NCBI GenBank assembly: GCA_945877765.1
Contig: CAMDWQ010000001.1
Span: forward strand, 22,253 to 86,252
Source: Candidatus Omnitrophota bacterium
GTDB taxonomy: Bacteria > Omnitrophota > Gorgyraeia > 2-02-FULL-51-18
Direction: 5' to 3'
DNA length: 64,000 bases
In this document: piece by piece, positions 30,801 to 39,100 of the stretch
Layout: every line of letters begins with the position of its first letter
Position numbering within the stretch: the stretch's first letter is position 1
Position numbers and translations under genes: made by a program
Notes under the pieces: model-generated
Database searches by the model: none
Told to the model about the DNA's origin: nothing
What the model saw: the letters and a program-made list of their open reading frames with translations, nothing else

Positions 30801-33800
30801 TTAGAATTGGATAGATTGCAGATTGTTGGGAGAGAGTTAAAGAGGCGTAGATAGGGCCTAGGGCCCGGAGGGCATATTGATTTCCGTTTTCAGCTTGTGT
30901 CTTTAGAATCGGGTAGACTTCAGATTGTTGGGAAGAAGTTAGAGAAGCGTAGGCGGAGCCTAGGGCTTGGAGGGCAATTTCCTGCCCAGTTTTAGCCTCT
31001 GTCCTGAAGAGCGTATAGATTTCGGATTGTTGGGAAGAAGTTAGAGAAGCGTAGGCGGAGCCTAGGGCTAGGAGGGCGCGCCCACTTCCACTTTCAGCTT
31101 TTGTCTTTAGAATTATAAAGATTTCAGATTGTTGGGAAAGGGTTAAAGAGGCGTAGGCGAGTCCTAGGGCCCGGAGGACTACTTCGCTTCCTTTATCAAC
31201 TATTGTCTTTAGAGTTGCATAGATGTCGACTTGTTGGGCAGAGGTTAAAGAGGCGTAGGCGAGTCCTAGGTCCCAGAGGGCGAATTCATTTTCTTCGTCT
31301 GCTCCTGTCTTTAAAGTTGCGTAGATGTCAAGTTGTTGGGCAGAGGTTAAAGAGGTGTAGGCAGAGCCCAGAGCTAGGAGCGACGAACTGTATTTAAGAT
31401 CAACGGCATTTGTTTTCAAAAAGTCATAAAGCTTTTGAAAATCCGCCATCACTTCATCAGGATTTGAGATCTGTGGGGTTGCTTTGGTTTCCACAGGTGT
31501 GACCGGGGTCATGGTATTTAACTTGCCGTAAATCTTTGAAAGGGCCCAGAGGGCATCTCCATCACCTTTGTCAGCTTTTGTTCTTAGAATTGTGTAAATA
31601 TCAGATTGTTGGGAAGAAGTTAAAGAGGTATAGGCGAATCCTAGGGCTACGTCGGCGCCAGAATTTCCTTTTTCAGCTCCTGTCTTTAAAATTGGGTAGA
31701 TTTCAGATTGTTGCGAAGTAGTTAAAGAGGCGTAAGCGGCTCCTAGGGCTCGAAGGGCAGTTCCATAACCTTTACCAGCTTCTGTCTTTAGAATTGCATA
31801 GATTTCAGATTTTTGAGAAGGGGTTAAAGAGGCGTGGGCGAAGCCTAGGGCTTCGTGGGAAAATACACTTTTATTGTCAGCTTCTGTTTTTAGAATTGGA
31901 TAGATTTCGGATTGTTGGGAAAATGCTAAAGAGGCGTAGGCAAGGCCTAGGGCCCAGAAGGCATCTCCACTTCCACTGCCAGCTTCTGTCTTTAGAATTG
32001 GATAGATTTCGGATTGTTGGGAAGGAGTTAAAGAAGCGTAGGCGGAGCCTAGGGCTAGGAGGGCGTCTCCATTTCCTTTATCAACTTCTGCCTTTAGAAT
32101 TGGATAGATTTCGGATTGTTGGAAAAGAGTTAATGAAGCGTAGGCGGGGCCCATGGCTAGGACGGCATCTTTATTTTCTTTGTCAGCTTTTGTCTTTAGA
32201 ATCAGGTAGACTTCGGATTTTTGGGAAGGGGTTAATGAGGCGTAGGCGCAGGCTATTCCAGTGCCAGGGTTTGCCTTTAAAATTGGATAGATTTCGGATT
32301 GTTGGAAAAGAGTTAAAGAAGCGTAGGCGGAGCCTAGGGCATACAGGCCATTTGAATTTCCATTTTTAGCTTGCGTCTTTAGAATCAGATAGACTTCAGA
32401 TTTTTGGGAAGGAGTTAAAGAAGTGTAGGCGGAGCCTAGGGCTAGGAGGGCGTGTCCATTTCCGTCTTCAACAGCAGCTTTTTTCAAAGAGTCATAATGC
32501 TTTTGAAAATCCTCCCTCACTTCATCAGGGTTTGAGATCTGTGGGGTTGCTTTGGTTTCCACAGGTGCAGCCGAGGTTATGGTATCTAGCTGGCCGCCAA
32601 TCCCTGAAAGAGCCAAGAGAGTTTGTTCATATCCACTGTCAGCTAGTTGCTTTAGAATCGGAAAGGCTTCGGATTGTTGGGAAGGGGTTAAAGAGGTGTA
32701 GACAGATCTTAGGGCTTCGAGAGCATTTAAATTTCCTTTTTCAGCTTGTGTCTTTAGAATTAGGTAGACTTCAGATTGTTGAGAAAGAGTTAAAGATGCG
32801 TAGGCGGAGCCTAGGGCTTGGAGATTGGAAGCACTGGGCGGTTTCATGATGACAGACGGCCGAATCATCTTATAAAGCCCCCAAATAGTTGCACAAGTGG
32901 CAAACAAAACAGCGATAGAAAAGAACATGTAGTTGGCAACTGTCATTAAAACATTTTCTTCTTTTGGCTTTTCCAGTTTGGCTTCTTTGTCGGATGTAAT
33001 ATTTTCATTGGGCTGAGAATTCGATTCTTTATCAGACTGAATATTTTTTCCGGTTTGAGGATAGCTGACTATCTGATCCACCGCTTCTCCTTGCGCTTTG
33101 GTATCGCCAAAATACTTTTTAATGCTGGGGGAAGGCTTGGTTTTTTCATCGGCTGACGGTTGAGATGAATCCTGCTGCGCTAAAGATTGGGACGCAAGCG
33201 GCACAGAGAAGCCCAGCAAAACAGCACCCGATAAAATCAGGTGCCTAAACATTTCTCCGGCTGAATTTTTAGGGTGGTTTGTCTTCGCAACACGTGCGTC
33301 GCCATTCGACGATCCCCCATTATCTGCCAGCCGGGCAGCATTCATCGAATAGACTGCTCCCGCCAAAATATCTTTTTTGATATTTTGAGCTTTTGCCGTA
33401 GCAGCCATCCTACCCTGTCCCATAACATAGGCAGTCATATCCATTTTAGCGGCCACAGTGCTTACCACTGGCTGTTTTACATTCACGGATATCTGACCCA
33501 AAAGTATTTCCTCATACCTCTTAATATTCGTCTCATGCGTCACCTCGGGAATAATAGAGATGTAGGAAATGTTCCTTTGTTTTAAAAGATACTTAAGATT
33601 GGGTGTGTGATAGCCGCCGGTGATGAGGATAGCGCCTGCCTGCCGGCTAGGCAGGGATTTTGAATCTTGGATGGCGGATATATTTTTCAGAAAAACTTTA
33701 TCTCTCTCATAAGTTAGCTCATAGAATTTTTTACAGAGATTCGCCATATCTGTGAAATCTTCCTTAAGAAAAATCGCTTTTTCATAATGACCTTTTAAAA

Positions 33801-35076
33801 CCATGAGCTTTTGATTTAGAAAACCTGAGAGAGTTTTAATATCCGCAAAATCCTCTTTTTTGAATTCTTCATATTCTTCGGGAGTCAGGGACAGGTGAAA
33901 TAGTTTTTTATAAAACTCTAAAACTTTGATAGAAAGAAGAAGCTTGGACTCATCCTCATTGGTAGTGAAATTCTTAAAAATCTGGTCTTCCAGAGCTTTC
34001 TTTTCCGATAGGAGGTCTTTGGGGCTCAGAGAATTTGATTTTTCAAGGTATGCGAAATATTTAAATAACTCAGGGTATTTTGTTGTGCCTTTTAATTTTT
34101 CTTTCAAATATAGAAAAAATCCTTTTTGTGAATCTTTCATGGACAGCTTTGAGGCGGATTGGCCGCTTAACTCCCTTTGATCCTCCGCACCTAAAGATTC
34201 AATCGCTTTTTGTTGCTCTAGGCTTGCATCTTTAAAGTCAATTTTGGATTCAAAATTTTTAAGTTCTTTTAATTTCAGAAGATTCGGGAAATGGTTCAAA
34301 TCAATATTTAAAACATTAGCTTGGAGAAAAAGTGCATCGACATAGTCGGAGAAACTGGTTTCATCCTTTTTTGCTTTGTTATACTTCTCAAGGAATGACA
34401 AAAGAAATGGGTTTAGAAGCTTTGGTTTTAGGACTTCAATCGTAGATTCGATTTCCTGCAGATAGCTTTCGAAACGGTCCCTTTTTTTGATGCTTTGTTT
34501 ATAAACTTGTAGAGACTTAAAATAAAGATTCGGATCTTCAACTCCCACAACTTTAAAATTGTGATCGCTGGTCAGATCGAGATATTCAATTCCATGAAGA
34601 AGCCCTTTCTGTAAATATTCTTTGGCAATATTCTGTCTTTTGGACAAAGAAGCTCTGTCTCTTAAAAAAGTAAGATTGGCATTGCCATTGGCAGCCTCGG
34701 TGAAGACGGTATCTGCTATTCCGTTTTGGAATAATAGATCGAAGAGTTTGGCTTCGTTTAACTGGCATGAGGAATTGGTGTGAGCGTCTTGGATGAGGAT
34801 GATGGTTTCGGAGGGGCTAGACCCCTGTGGTATCTGGTAGGCGTCTTCGATGGTCGCTACTGATTCAGGGATTGGAGGAAGTAGCTTTTTAGCCCATTCC
34901 AGATTCTTTTGTTTTTCCCCCCTATCCTCCGTCCTCCATCCTAAATCCATCTTTCGAAGCTCAGGTGCCGAATAAGAAAACTCTTGAATTATTAGGCATA
35001 AAATTAGCGTGAGCGAGAGGCTCTTAAGAAAGACCGTTCGTGTCGTCTTTTTGACGATGCGGGGGCTATTTATCAT
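24808..35076 (-). CDS. Giant multidomain protein (3422 aa): signal peptide, ChaN/TIKI-like domain, 34-aa repeat array, PEP-utilising phospho-His domain, dikinase ATP-grasp domain
   Basis: 10.3-kb open frame; QDAH...GGYH; GGSLSHAAIRARE; GGKG, VAVRSSG..EDS..AMAG..ET, DMEW, LQVRPIT. Confidence 0.88.
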   Translation of the reverse strand: MINSPRIVKKTTRTVFLKSLSLTLILCLIIQEFSYSAPELRKMDLGWRTEDRGEKQKNLEWAKKLLPPIPESVATIEDAYQIPQGSSPSETIILIQDAHTNSSCQLNEAKLFDLLFQNGIADTVFTEAANGNANLTFLRDRASLSKRQNIAKEYLQKGLLHGIEYLDLTSDHNFKVVGVEDPNLYFKSLQVYKQSIKKRDRFESYLQEIESTIEVLKPKLLNPFLLSFLEKYNKAKKDETSFSDYVDALFLQANVLNIDLNHFPNLLKLKELKNFESKIDFKDASLEQQKAIESLGAEDQRELSGQSASKLSMKDSQKGFFLYLKEKLKGTTKYPELFKYFAYLEKSNSLSPKDLLSEKKALEDQIFKNFTTNEDESKLLLSIKVLEFYKKLFHLSLTPEEYEEFKKEDFADIKTLSGFLNQKLMVLKGHYEKAIFLKEDFTDMANLCKKFYELTYERDKVFLKNISAIQDSKSLPSRQAGAILITGGYHTPNLKYLLKQRNISYISIIPEVTHETNIKRYEEILLGQISVNVKQPVVSTVAAKMDMTAYVMGQGRMAATAKAQNIKKDILAGAVYSMNAARLADNGGSSNGDARVAKTNHPKNSAGEMFRHLILSGAVLLGFSVPLASQSLAQQDSSQPSADEKTKPSPSIKKYFGDTKAQGEAVDQIVSYPQTGKNIQSDKESNSQPNENITSDKEAKLEKPKEENVLMTVANYMFFSIAVLFATCATIWGLYKMIRPSVIMKPPSASNLQALGSAYASLTLSQQSEVYLILKTQAEKGNLNALEALRSVYTSLTPSQQSEAFPILKQLADSGYEQTLLALSGIGGQLDTITSAAPVETKATPQISNPDEVREDFQKHYDSLKKAAVEDGNGHALLALGSAYTSLTPSQKSEVYLILKTQAKNGNSNGLYALGSAYASLTLFQQSEIYPILKANPGTGIACAYASLTPSQKSEVYLILKTKADKENKDAVLAMGPAYASLTLFQQSEIYPILKAEVDKGNGDALLALGSAYASLTPSQQSEIYPILKTEAGSGSGDAFWALGLAYASLAFSQQSEIYPILKTEADNKSVFSHEALGFAHASLTPSQKSEIYAILKTEAGKGYGTALRALGAAYASLTTSQQSEIYPILKTGAEKGNSGADVALGFAYTSLTSSQQSDIYTILRTKADKGDGDALWALSKIYGKLNTMTPVTPVETKATPQISNPDEVMADFQKLYDFLKTNAVDLKYSSSLLALGSAYTSLTSAQQLDIYATLKTGADEENEFALWDLGLAYASLTSAQQVDIYATLKTIVDKGSEVVLRALGLAYASLTLSQQSEIFIILKTKAESGSGRALLALGSAYASLTSSQQSEIYTLFRTEAKTGQEIALQALGSAYASLTSSQQSEVYPILKTQAENGNQYALRALGPIYASLTLSQQSAIYPILKAQVNSGNGVVLLALGAAYVFLNSPQQAEIYLILKTKVNNGSEQALLALSEIYGKLNRNVPVPQVYGKPDFKQLSSFLHREIDYHTGRVIPVEYAFVPMVDTPTANPEAQRVMAMYRDFEKLNSEVLQKLGKPNKSPEDILALLDTMQLMVLSYEVLFKGQPPGKSLDSIAKESSDLQGGRSIAKLFLNIRHEVEGAMDSLRSLPGKAHAIQPSIEAMMQLFDSKKSSRLTVAPAEGYETRVRSINLGDYIAFIGSGTPISDEAVSFAELINIVHQKGVRNLGGVMPSGGSQRVSTCMVSSADSRTQVNVKYLDARQKPQQEHSIAVLAVTQAFSLNQLRHKNSRFFDPSNALVMADENTALIGLKLGLHSAAIHFSLLPVQEEGRILVSYMDNIEKIYEPGNSTRFRSICDAFEAAGFMVSRDGYHMEAVFDKDHGASSIADLPEKLNFAVQVVTSTLDLDLAINRSPHVNASDLTSEFVANGYLLRSDKDSVMVPTPLPAAVKQVEALAVALGIEVPDGMPSGQRMMDFISHGIQTLISRGALVVIDDGNYKFDAAYQEASARNFPVARLIEAAYKADQLQIIYMRQVAAIARSLQSFCSRTTIGEVGPYLVEELKLAALGDQITFYVLKDTKSSQFVLGTAILGEFFMNQRRYDLFRKRELVNNKLSPYDLEELLLPQGFASTSAFREWFESLAVQMSGARLAGAANSPDGARGIFSAISNEHLLNRMTGPFKKKQLLERPNQRRGISAVSLGGVRLNLGKAIGFARFKQTGRSADEFKNGILIADYTDNEDDPSIAAANGVAITTGGSLSHAAIRARENRKPAVIFNGASVHNQVLRFKTYTADTTEMKIEVGGKEIVFHAIADAKQTTCEVHDGDLVYLDANQGTLYFIAGADDLSGETVIKYTEYLMWKERMETKASYEILPKDVNILGNIISRISNQNLVRALLDQILGGAVLPSDSIESLLTQLSENPVIRSTILEFVRSQAGELIDQFQADLKKFHQYIEQKKYARRYDFEQVFLEADKLMKQAERLDRTMLAANGDWKHPFTAMMLQSSRAEMIEKGREWLGAARKEISAEVESAVVELSGSELPVLLSFWNKLELAGMTGEEGDSTIKEKILVIKLKIDALKKAREDEIKELQGRGVVWKENLKDRFSRPIAGGKGSNSAETTYAVKQLQERGLIDSSVQVATPEGFVIQPTEYFLWRVREHPEELNSLEGMTGIDEYANDWQRQLNTIFSGILELIKTDEETSADLRIDIHQAISGFVDKVRDAKGPADIFELTSKANQSLNALIDTGNLAEKSWKISAALQEKIEESKGIDLKLQANLAFAYRDLTVKQLNNLERLIAIDERTSVKFKTEVKTKILKFKQNLQRSQELHSIDGLILSLRDSVELLLLKYETSDVSRSIGNSMKVLGAVAVRSSGLKEDSVDEAMAGMKETKLNVFGIQALSRAVVDVWLSGAESILVDEMINPKASGVAFSADPAQQRADHIRVDAAHGLAKGLVDQTVKDPDSYLFSKTTSASGRYELLDSHVGVKTEQVLLDLGPQGGYKVEPNAQALEPALNEQQLQAVAEVVYKLSEYFGTQIDMEWSLDADDRIVVLQVRPITTIRESIERGKNIIGSPAAHVIREKNSTGGTVLDGARLAKPNAARLATTTLERVPTSRVPARRPRPLNLELTQGHPVVNIQKGEVITFIAQVITTQNVHENKQIAIGSSVIQIVFRDDGKAILYGLADRGIAIGARKIKIRRKGNQTTATMSLADYRLIMEEAAREARTLYANVPESFINEPAVVILNTNAVLPQGNVTQLAIQLLVAQLHNERRTPGGKFVRYVVVGHQARAMLKEAKRLYPTEKDLMVLNFSELQVTYQKAERVYVTSSTRRHQPNSKTRFLYLLDLGERGVLNPATLTLASFEARLEELSISNPYFVQFYQAYQKQLGREFKPKDLPDFINALKGLLEDLKILQQFALPPVMKLAVEEMIQTYSLMIKMALQAA
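30631..32817 (-). repeat. Intragenic tandem repeat: 18 units of 102 bp (34 aa) in blocks of 2, 9 and 7, with a duplicated 57-aa linker
   Basis: Consensus ALGSAYASLTxSQQSEIYPILKTxAxxGxxxALx; 102-nt period (e.g. 32311 vs 32413); linker PVETKATPQISNPDEV at ~31451 and ~32520. Confidence 0.92.
33635..33655. repeat. 21-bp REP-like palindrome in frame within the giant gene
   Basis: cctgcct-gccggct-aggcagg, encoding LPSRQAG. Confidence 0.6.
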
Positions 35077-35180
35077 AGGTCTATGTATTACATATAGATA
35101 CGTGGAGTATGCCCAATAACTACCGATATTGCAAATTTTTTACAAGCTTGGGTTTTGGGGGCAATAAAACTCAATCAGAA

Positions 35181-35209
35181 TTGCCAAACAAGCTCATCCA
35201 TGTTAGCAT
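35181..35209 (+). promoter_or_regulatory. Sigma70-like promoter for the downstream nuclease-like gene (near-leaderless)
   Basis: TTGCCA-N17-TAGCAT; ATG at 35218 follows after 8 nt with no RBS. Confidence 0.5.
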
Positions 35210-35217
35210 CATCGACT

Positions 35218-35961
35218 ATGATCACAAATTTCTCCACACAAGAAGAAATTATCAAAAAACTACGCTCCATTGCAAAAATTCACAGCTTTGACGTAGTGCA
35301 TCGTATTTCGTCTGTTTTCTACGATGTTCTCAAGATTTCCTTTTACGCTTTGCAAAGAAAAATCGAAGGTCTCAGGGAACGCCCCACTGGTCCGGTGGTC
35401 TTGTCTACAAACGAGATTACTAAGCTTTTTAAGCTAATCCACTATCACCATTCTCAAAACCATATCCATCTTGTGAGCAATGAGTTAACTGAGTGCTTCG
35501 GTCGTAACTTCATCGAGGCCGATGCATTGAGTTACTTTGAGAAAAAAGTTGAGGGCAATATCTCCGACAAATTTGGGAGACAAATATTCGTTAGTTTGGA
35601 CGATGGGATAAAATTTATGTACAAAAACCAAGATACCGGCAAACATGAAATTGACTCAAAATACTACCTGCCTTATAGGGGTAAGCGCTTACCATGGATT
35701 CAGCATACTTTGAAAAATTCTAAAAATATTTATACAAGGACTGATGGTTCTGATCAAGAACTCATGTATGTGAATCAATATGATTTACCTGATTATGATG
35801 GGCAGGGTAGCAAATGTTTCTGGATTGTAATTTTGAGGCGGTACAAAAAAGACCGTGTCGGCCCTTTTAAATTTAAAACTGCCTTTGCAATTTTTAAATA
35901 TAATAATTTTCTAAAAAGAATCGAAAGATACCGACCCATCACGGAAACCAAGCAAAACTAA
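35218..35961 (+). CDS. Hypothetical protein, putative BECR-fold (PBECR-like) nuclease
   Basis: AT-rich; DKFGRQI...FMYK...RGKRLPWIQHTL...IY...FWIVIL...FKTAF pattern resembles PBECR nucleases; ORF track starts at 35155. Confidence 0.55.
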   Translation: MITNFSTQEEIIKKLRSIAKIHSFDVVHRISSVFYDVLKISFYALQRKIEGLRERPTGPVVLSTNEITKLFKLIHYHHSQNHIHLVSNELTECFGRNFIEADALSYFEKKVEGNISDKFGRQIFVSLDDGIKFMYKNQDTGKHEIDSKYYLPYRGKRLPWIQHTLKNSKNIYTRTDGSDQELMYVNQYDLPDYDGQGSKCFWIVILRRYKKDRVGPFKFKTAFAIFKYNNFLKRIERYRPITETKQN

Positions 35962-36090
35962 AGCCCGCTTTTGGATGTCTATAAATCTCCAAAAGCGGGC
36001 AAAAATTTGTTGCTGGTGCAAGAAAACGAACACTCGTGATCACCAATCCCACCAGCCAGACTCGGCGAATAGACTGTTCGTTATTAGGAT
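35955..36090 (-). ncRNA. Putative ~135-nt small RNA with pseudoknot, convergent on the nuclease-like gene
   Basis: Own promoter (36097-36125) and terminator (35963-36000); two interleaved helices; no ORF. Confidence 0.6.
35963..36000 (-). terminator. Intrinsic terminator of the minus-strand small RNA
   Basis: 13-bp stem gcccgcttttgga/tccaaaagcgggc; T-rich tail (tttagtttt) directly after the stem only on the minus strand. Confidence 0.75.
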
Positions 36091-36096
36091 GACCAA

Positions 36097-36125
36097 ATAG
36101 TACTTGAAAAGTCTATCCCTGTCAA
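36097..36125 (-). promoter_or_regulatory. Near-consensus sigma70 promoter
   Basis: TTGACA (36125-36120)-N17-TACTAT (36102-36097). Confidence 0.8.
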
Positions 36126-36146
36126 TTTCTTCTTAATACAATGCTC

Positions 36147-39100
36147 TTAATACAAACGAAAATCAGCGGCCTGCTGAAAGCATGCCAAAAGGCGTTCACG
36201 GACCTTTTCCAGGCTCTCCGGCGAATAAACAAATTCGTGAGTTTGATTGAGTGTTGAAAAATAAAGCATCCCGCGGACGGGCGCCTCTCCGTAAAGCTCG
36301 CGAAATACAAAAGCGTACAAACCCAGCTGAAATTCATACTCCTGCGCTGTTTTTTTGGACTCAAGGGAGGTGATCTGGTTGGTTTTATAATCCAAGATCA
36401 CCCACTGCCCTGCCTCACGGTAGACTAAATCAATCTGGCCCTTCAGAATGCCGTGCGGTGTCTTAAAAATAAACGGAAGCTCCGGATGGCAGGCGGGTGA
36501 TTTTTTCACCGATGTTCCGAGAGGGCTTTTCCAGAAAGCCGCACTGCTCTCGCGGATCTCGTCTTTTTCAGCAGAGGTGAGTGGCGAAAGAATTTTCATC
36601 AAGAAATCCTCGCGAATGAAACCTCGCGGTGAGCCCAGCGTCATCATTTCCATCACGCGGTGATAGATCGTTCCATACTCATTTCGCGGCGACCTCTCGA
36701 GATCCTCGGGGTCGATGGTTTCTGGTTCTTCTAAATAAACCGGCGGTTTTGGCGACGCTTGCGCCAAAAGATCGCTCACGCTTAAATCGGTTGCCGCATC
36801 GTACGGCTTTTGAGGTAGGTGCAGGCGCTCAAGGATTTTTGCAACGTCCGGCATCACCGGCTCGACGGTTGTCACGGAAGGCTCACGTGACTCTCCGGAA
36901 ATGGACGAAGAGGAAAGCGCTTTCTCGCGGCCCAAAAGATTTAGCACGCGCTCCATCCAAGTGGCATTTTTATTCCCAGAGACGGTTTCACGAGGCGCTG
37001 CGCCACACAAGAGAAGATGTTCACGCGCGCGTGTGACCGCCACGTACAAAATGCGATCCTCTTCTTCCTCTTCTTTTTCATCCATGCGGTTGGCAGCGAC
37101 TTCATAGGCCTCATCGTTTAGTTTTTTACGTTCATCCAGAGGATCCTGCCAGGACCAGCCCAAACCTCCCTCGGTAGACGCGATCGCCAAGCCGCGGTCC
37201 TTAGGCTTTTTCTGACCTCCCAAGTTCGCGATCGCCACAACCGGAAACTCAAGGCCCTTCGCCGCGTGAATGCTTGACAGAAATACCGCGTCGCTTCCAT
37301 CGGTTGCGATTCGCGCTTCCTCCGTCTCATCTCTCTCGGCCATGCCTTTGGCGTAACGCACAAATTCGGCCGCATCCAAGGACATTTTTTCTTCCAGAGA
37401 ACGCGCGATCTCCACGAGTTTTCGCCCATTGGCGACGCGCTGAATCCCATCGGGACCAGCCAGAGCAAAACATTCGTAGTCGCTCCAGCGCAGTATTTTT
37501 TCCAAAATCGACGAAACGGTAAAACTGTTTTTGACGCTTCGTAAAGATTCTAAAAACTCTACAAATACCTGGACGCGGAGGCGGTCTTTTTCCGACAAGC
37601 CTTCCACCGTGGATAAATTATCGAGCGCACGTGAAAGCGACCGTCGCCGGGAATCATCTTTTTTGGCCGCGCGGGCCAGCCAAAAAAGACCGTCATCAGA
37701 AACGCTGGCCAGCGGCGAGCGAAGAGCCGCCGCCAAAGCAACGTCATCGTCCGGATGATCCAGAAGAGCCAGCAAAGACACCAGGTCCTTGATTTCTGTT
37801 TTTTCAAAAAAAGATTTCGATTTCGGAGAATAAAACGGGACGCCCAGGCGCGAGAGCGCACGCTCGTAAGTCTGCGCTTTTTTGGCGCTGCGCATCAGGA
37901 TCGCCACATCGCCCCATTTCATCGGCCGACCAGACAGAGTCCCGTCCTCAACACAAACACCTGAACGAACCAACGATAAAATGCGCTCGGCCAAAAGCCG
38001 GGCCTCATCCTCACGGCCCTCGTCAAGATCTTTCAATTTTTCGTCCGGGCCATAAAACGCGCAGAGAGGCTCGATAGTCCCCTTAACCTCAAGCAAGAAT
38101 TTTTTTCCGGGAACCAACGCCTTAAAAACACCATGGGCGTCTACCGCAAAAAAATGGTTCACAAAATCCAGCACCTCGAATCGAGAGCGGTAGTTCTCAT
38201 CCAGAGTTATTTTTTTTCCGGCCAAAGCCTCATAGTGCCCGAAAAGAGCAGGCTCGGCATGCCGAAACGCGTAGATCGATTGTTGCGGATCTCCCACGAG
38301 AAATAGGTTGTTCTTGCTCCTCAAAAGATCGATAAGCTTTGCCTGTAACGGGCTCGTATCCTGGAACTCATCCACCAATAGATGACAAAAACGATTCCGA
38401 TAACGCTCGCGGACCGCTTTTTTCGCGGGAGTCTCGCCTTTCAAAAGCTTCCACGCTAAGAGCGTCAGATCCTCGAAATCCAGCGCGGCCATTAATCTTT
38501 TTTCATTTTCATAGTTTTCCATAAATACGTGCATGATTTTCAAGAACTCTTCTTTAAAAGGAAAAAATAATTCCCCAAGCGCCGCCAGCTTCCAGGCACC
38601 GGCGTCTTTCCGGAAGGATTCGACCCACTCCTTGAAAGTCTCTGAGCCTCTTTTTTGAATGGAACGCTCGATCACCCGAAACGCCTCGAAATTCCGCCAG
38701 TCTAGAAATGCGGCGGAAAAAATTTTAGGGATATGTCTAGCGCCTTCAATAGCAGCAGCTTCATTGGCGGTTATTTTTTTATTCTTTCCGGCTATTTCTA
38801 TCACCTCAAGAAAAGCTTGGGAGATCTTCGCCTCTAGAGGTTTGCGGTCAAGACCGCTGCGGATCGTCAAAATATTTTCGTCTTCCCCGGTCGCGCGAAA
38901 ATGAGCATACAAACGCAGCGCCGCCAGGCGCACAGAGACTTCACCGCGCTCCGTCAGCATTTCCAGCGCCACAGCGCTATCGGCATGCGCCTCAAATGCG
39001 GCATCCAACGCTTTGGTCATCAAAATATCTGATTCAGCCTTGGATAAAACTTTGAAATATGGATCCACAGCAGCTTCGATTGGATTTTCACGCAAAAGCC

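Noticed and set aside
30631-32817. CRISPR array or TALE repeat region
   Set aside because: The units are 102-bp in-frame coding repeats with no repeat-spacer pattern and no cas genes; the sequence lacks the TALE consensus and RVD loop
31203-32849. Arg/Leu-rich repetitive plus-strand ORFs
   Set aside because: Antisense shadows of the 34-aa repeat array
34915-34945. Short degenerate heptamer repeats near the giant gene 5' end (WRTEDRG)
   Set aside because: Only about three imperfect units, too weak to call
36010-36085. HDV-like ribozyme (pseudoknot plus GGCGAAT on the plus strand)
   Set aside because: No P1.1/P3 elements or matching P2 partner could be found; promoter and terminator indicate the minus strand
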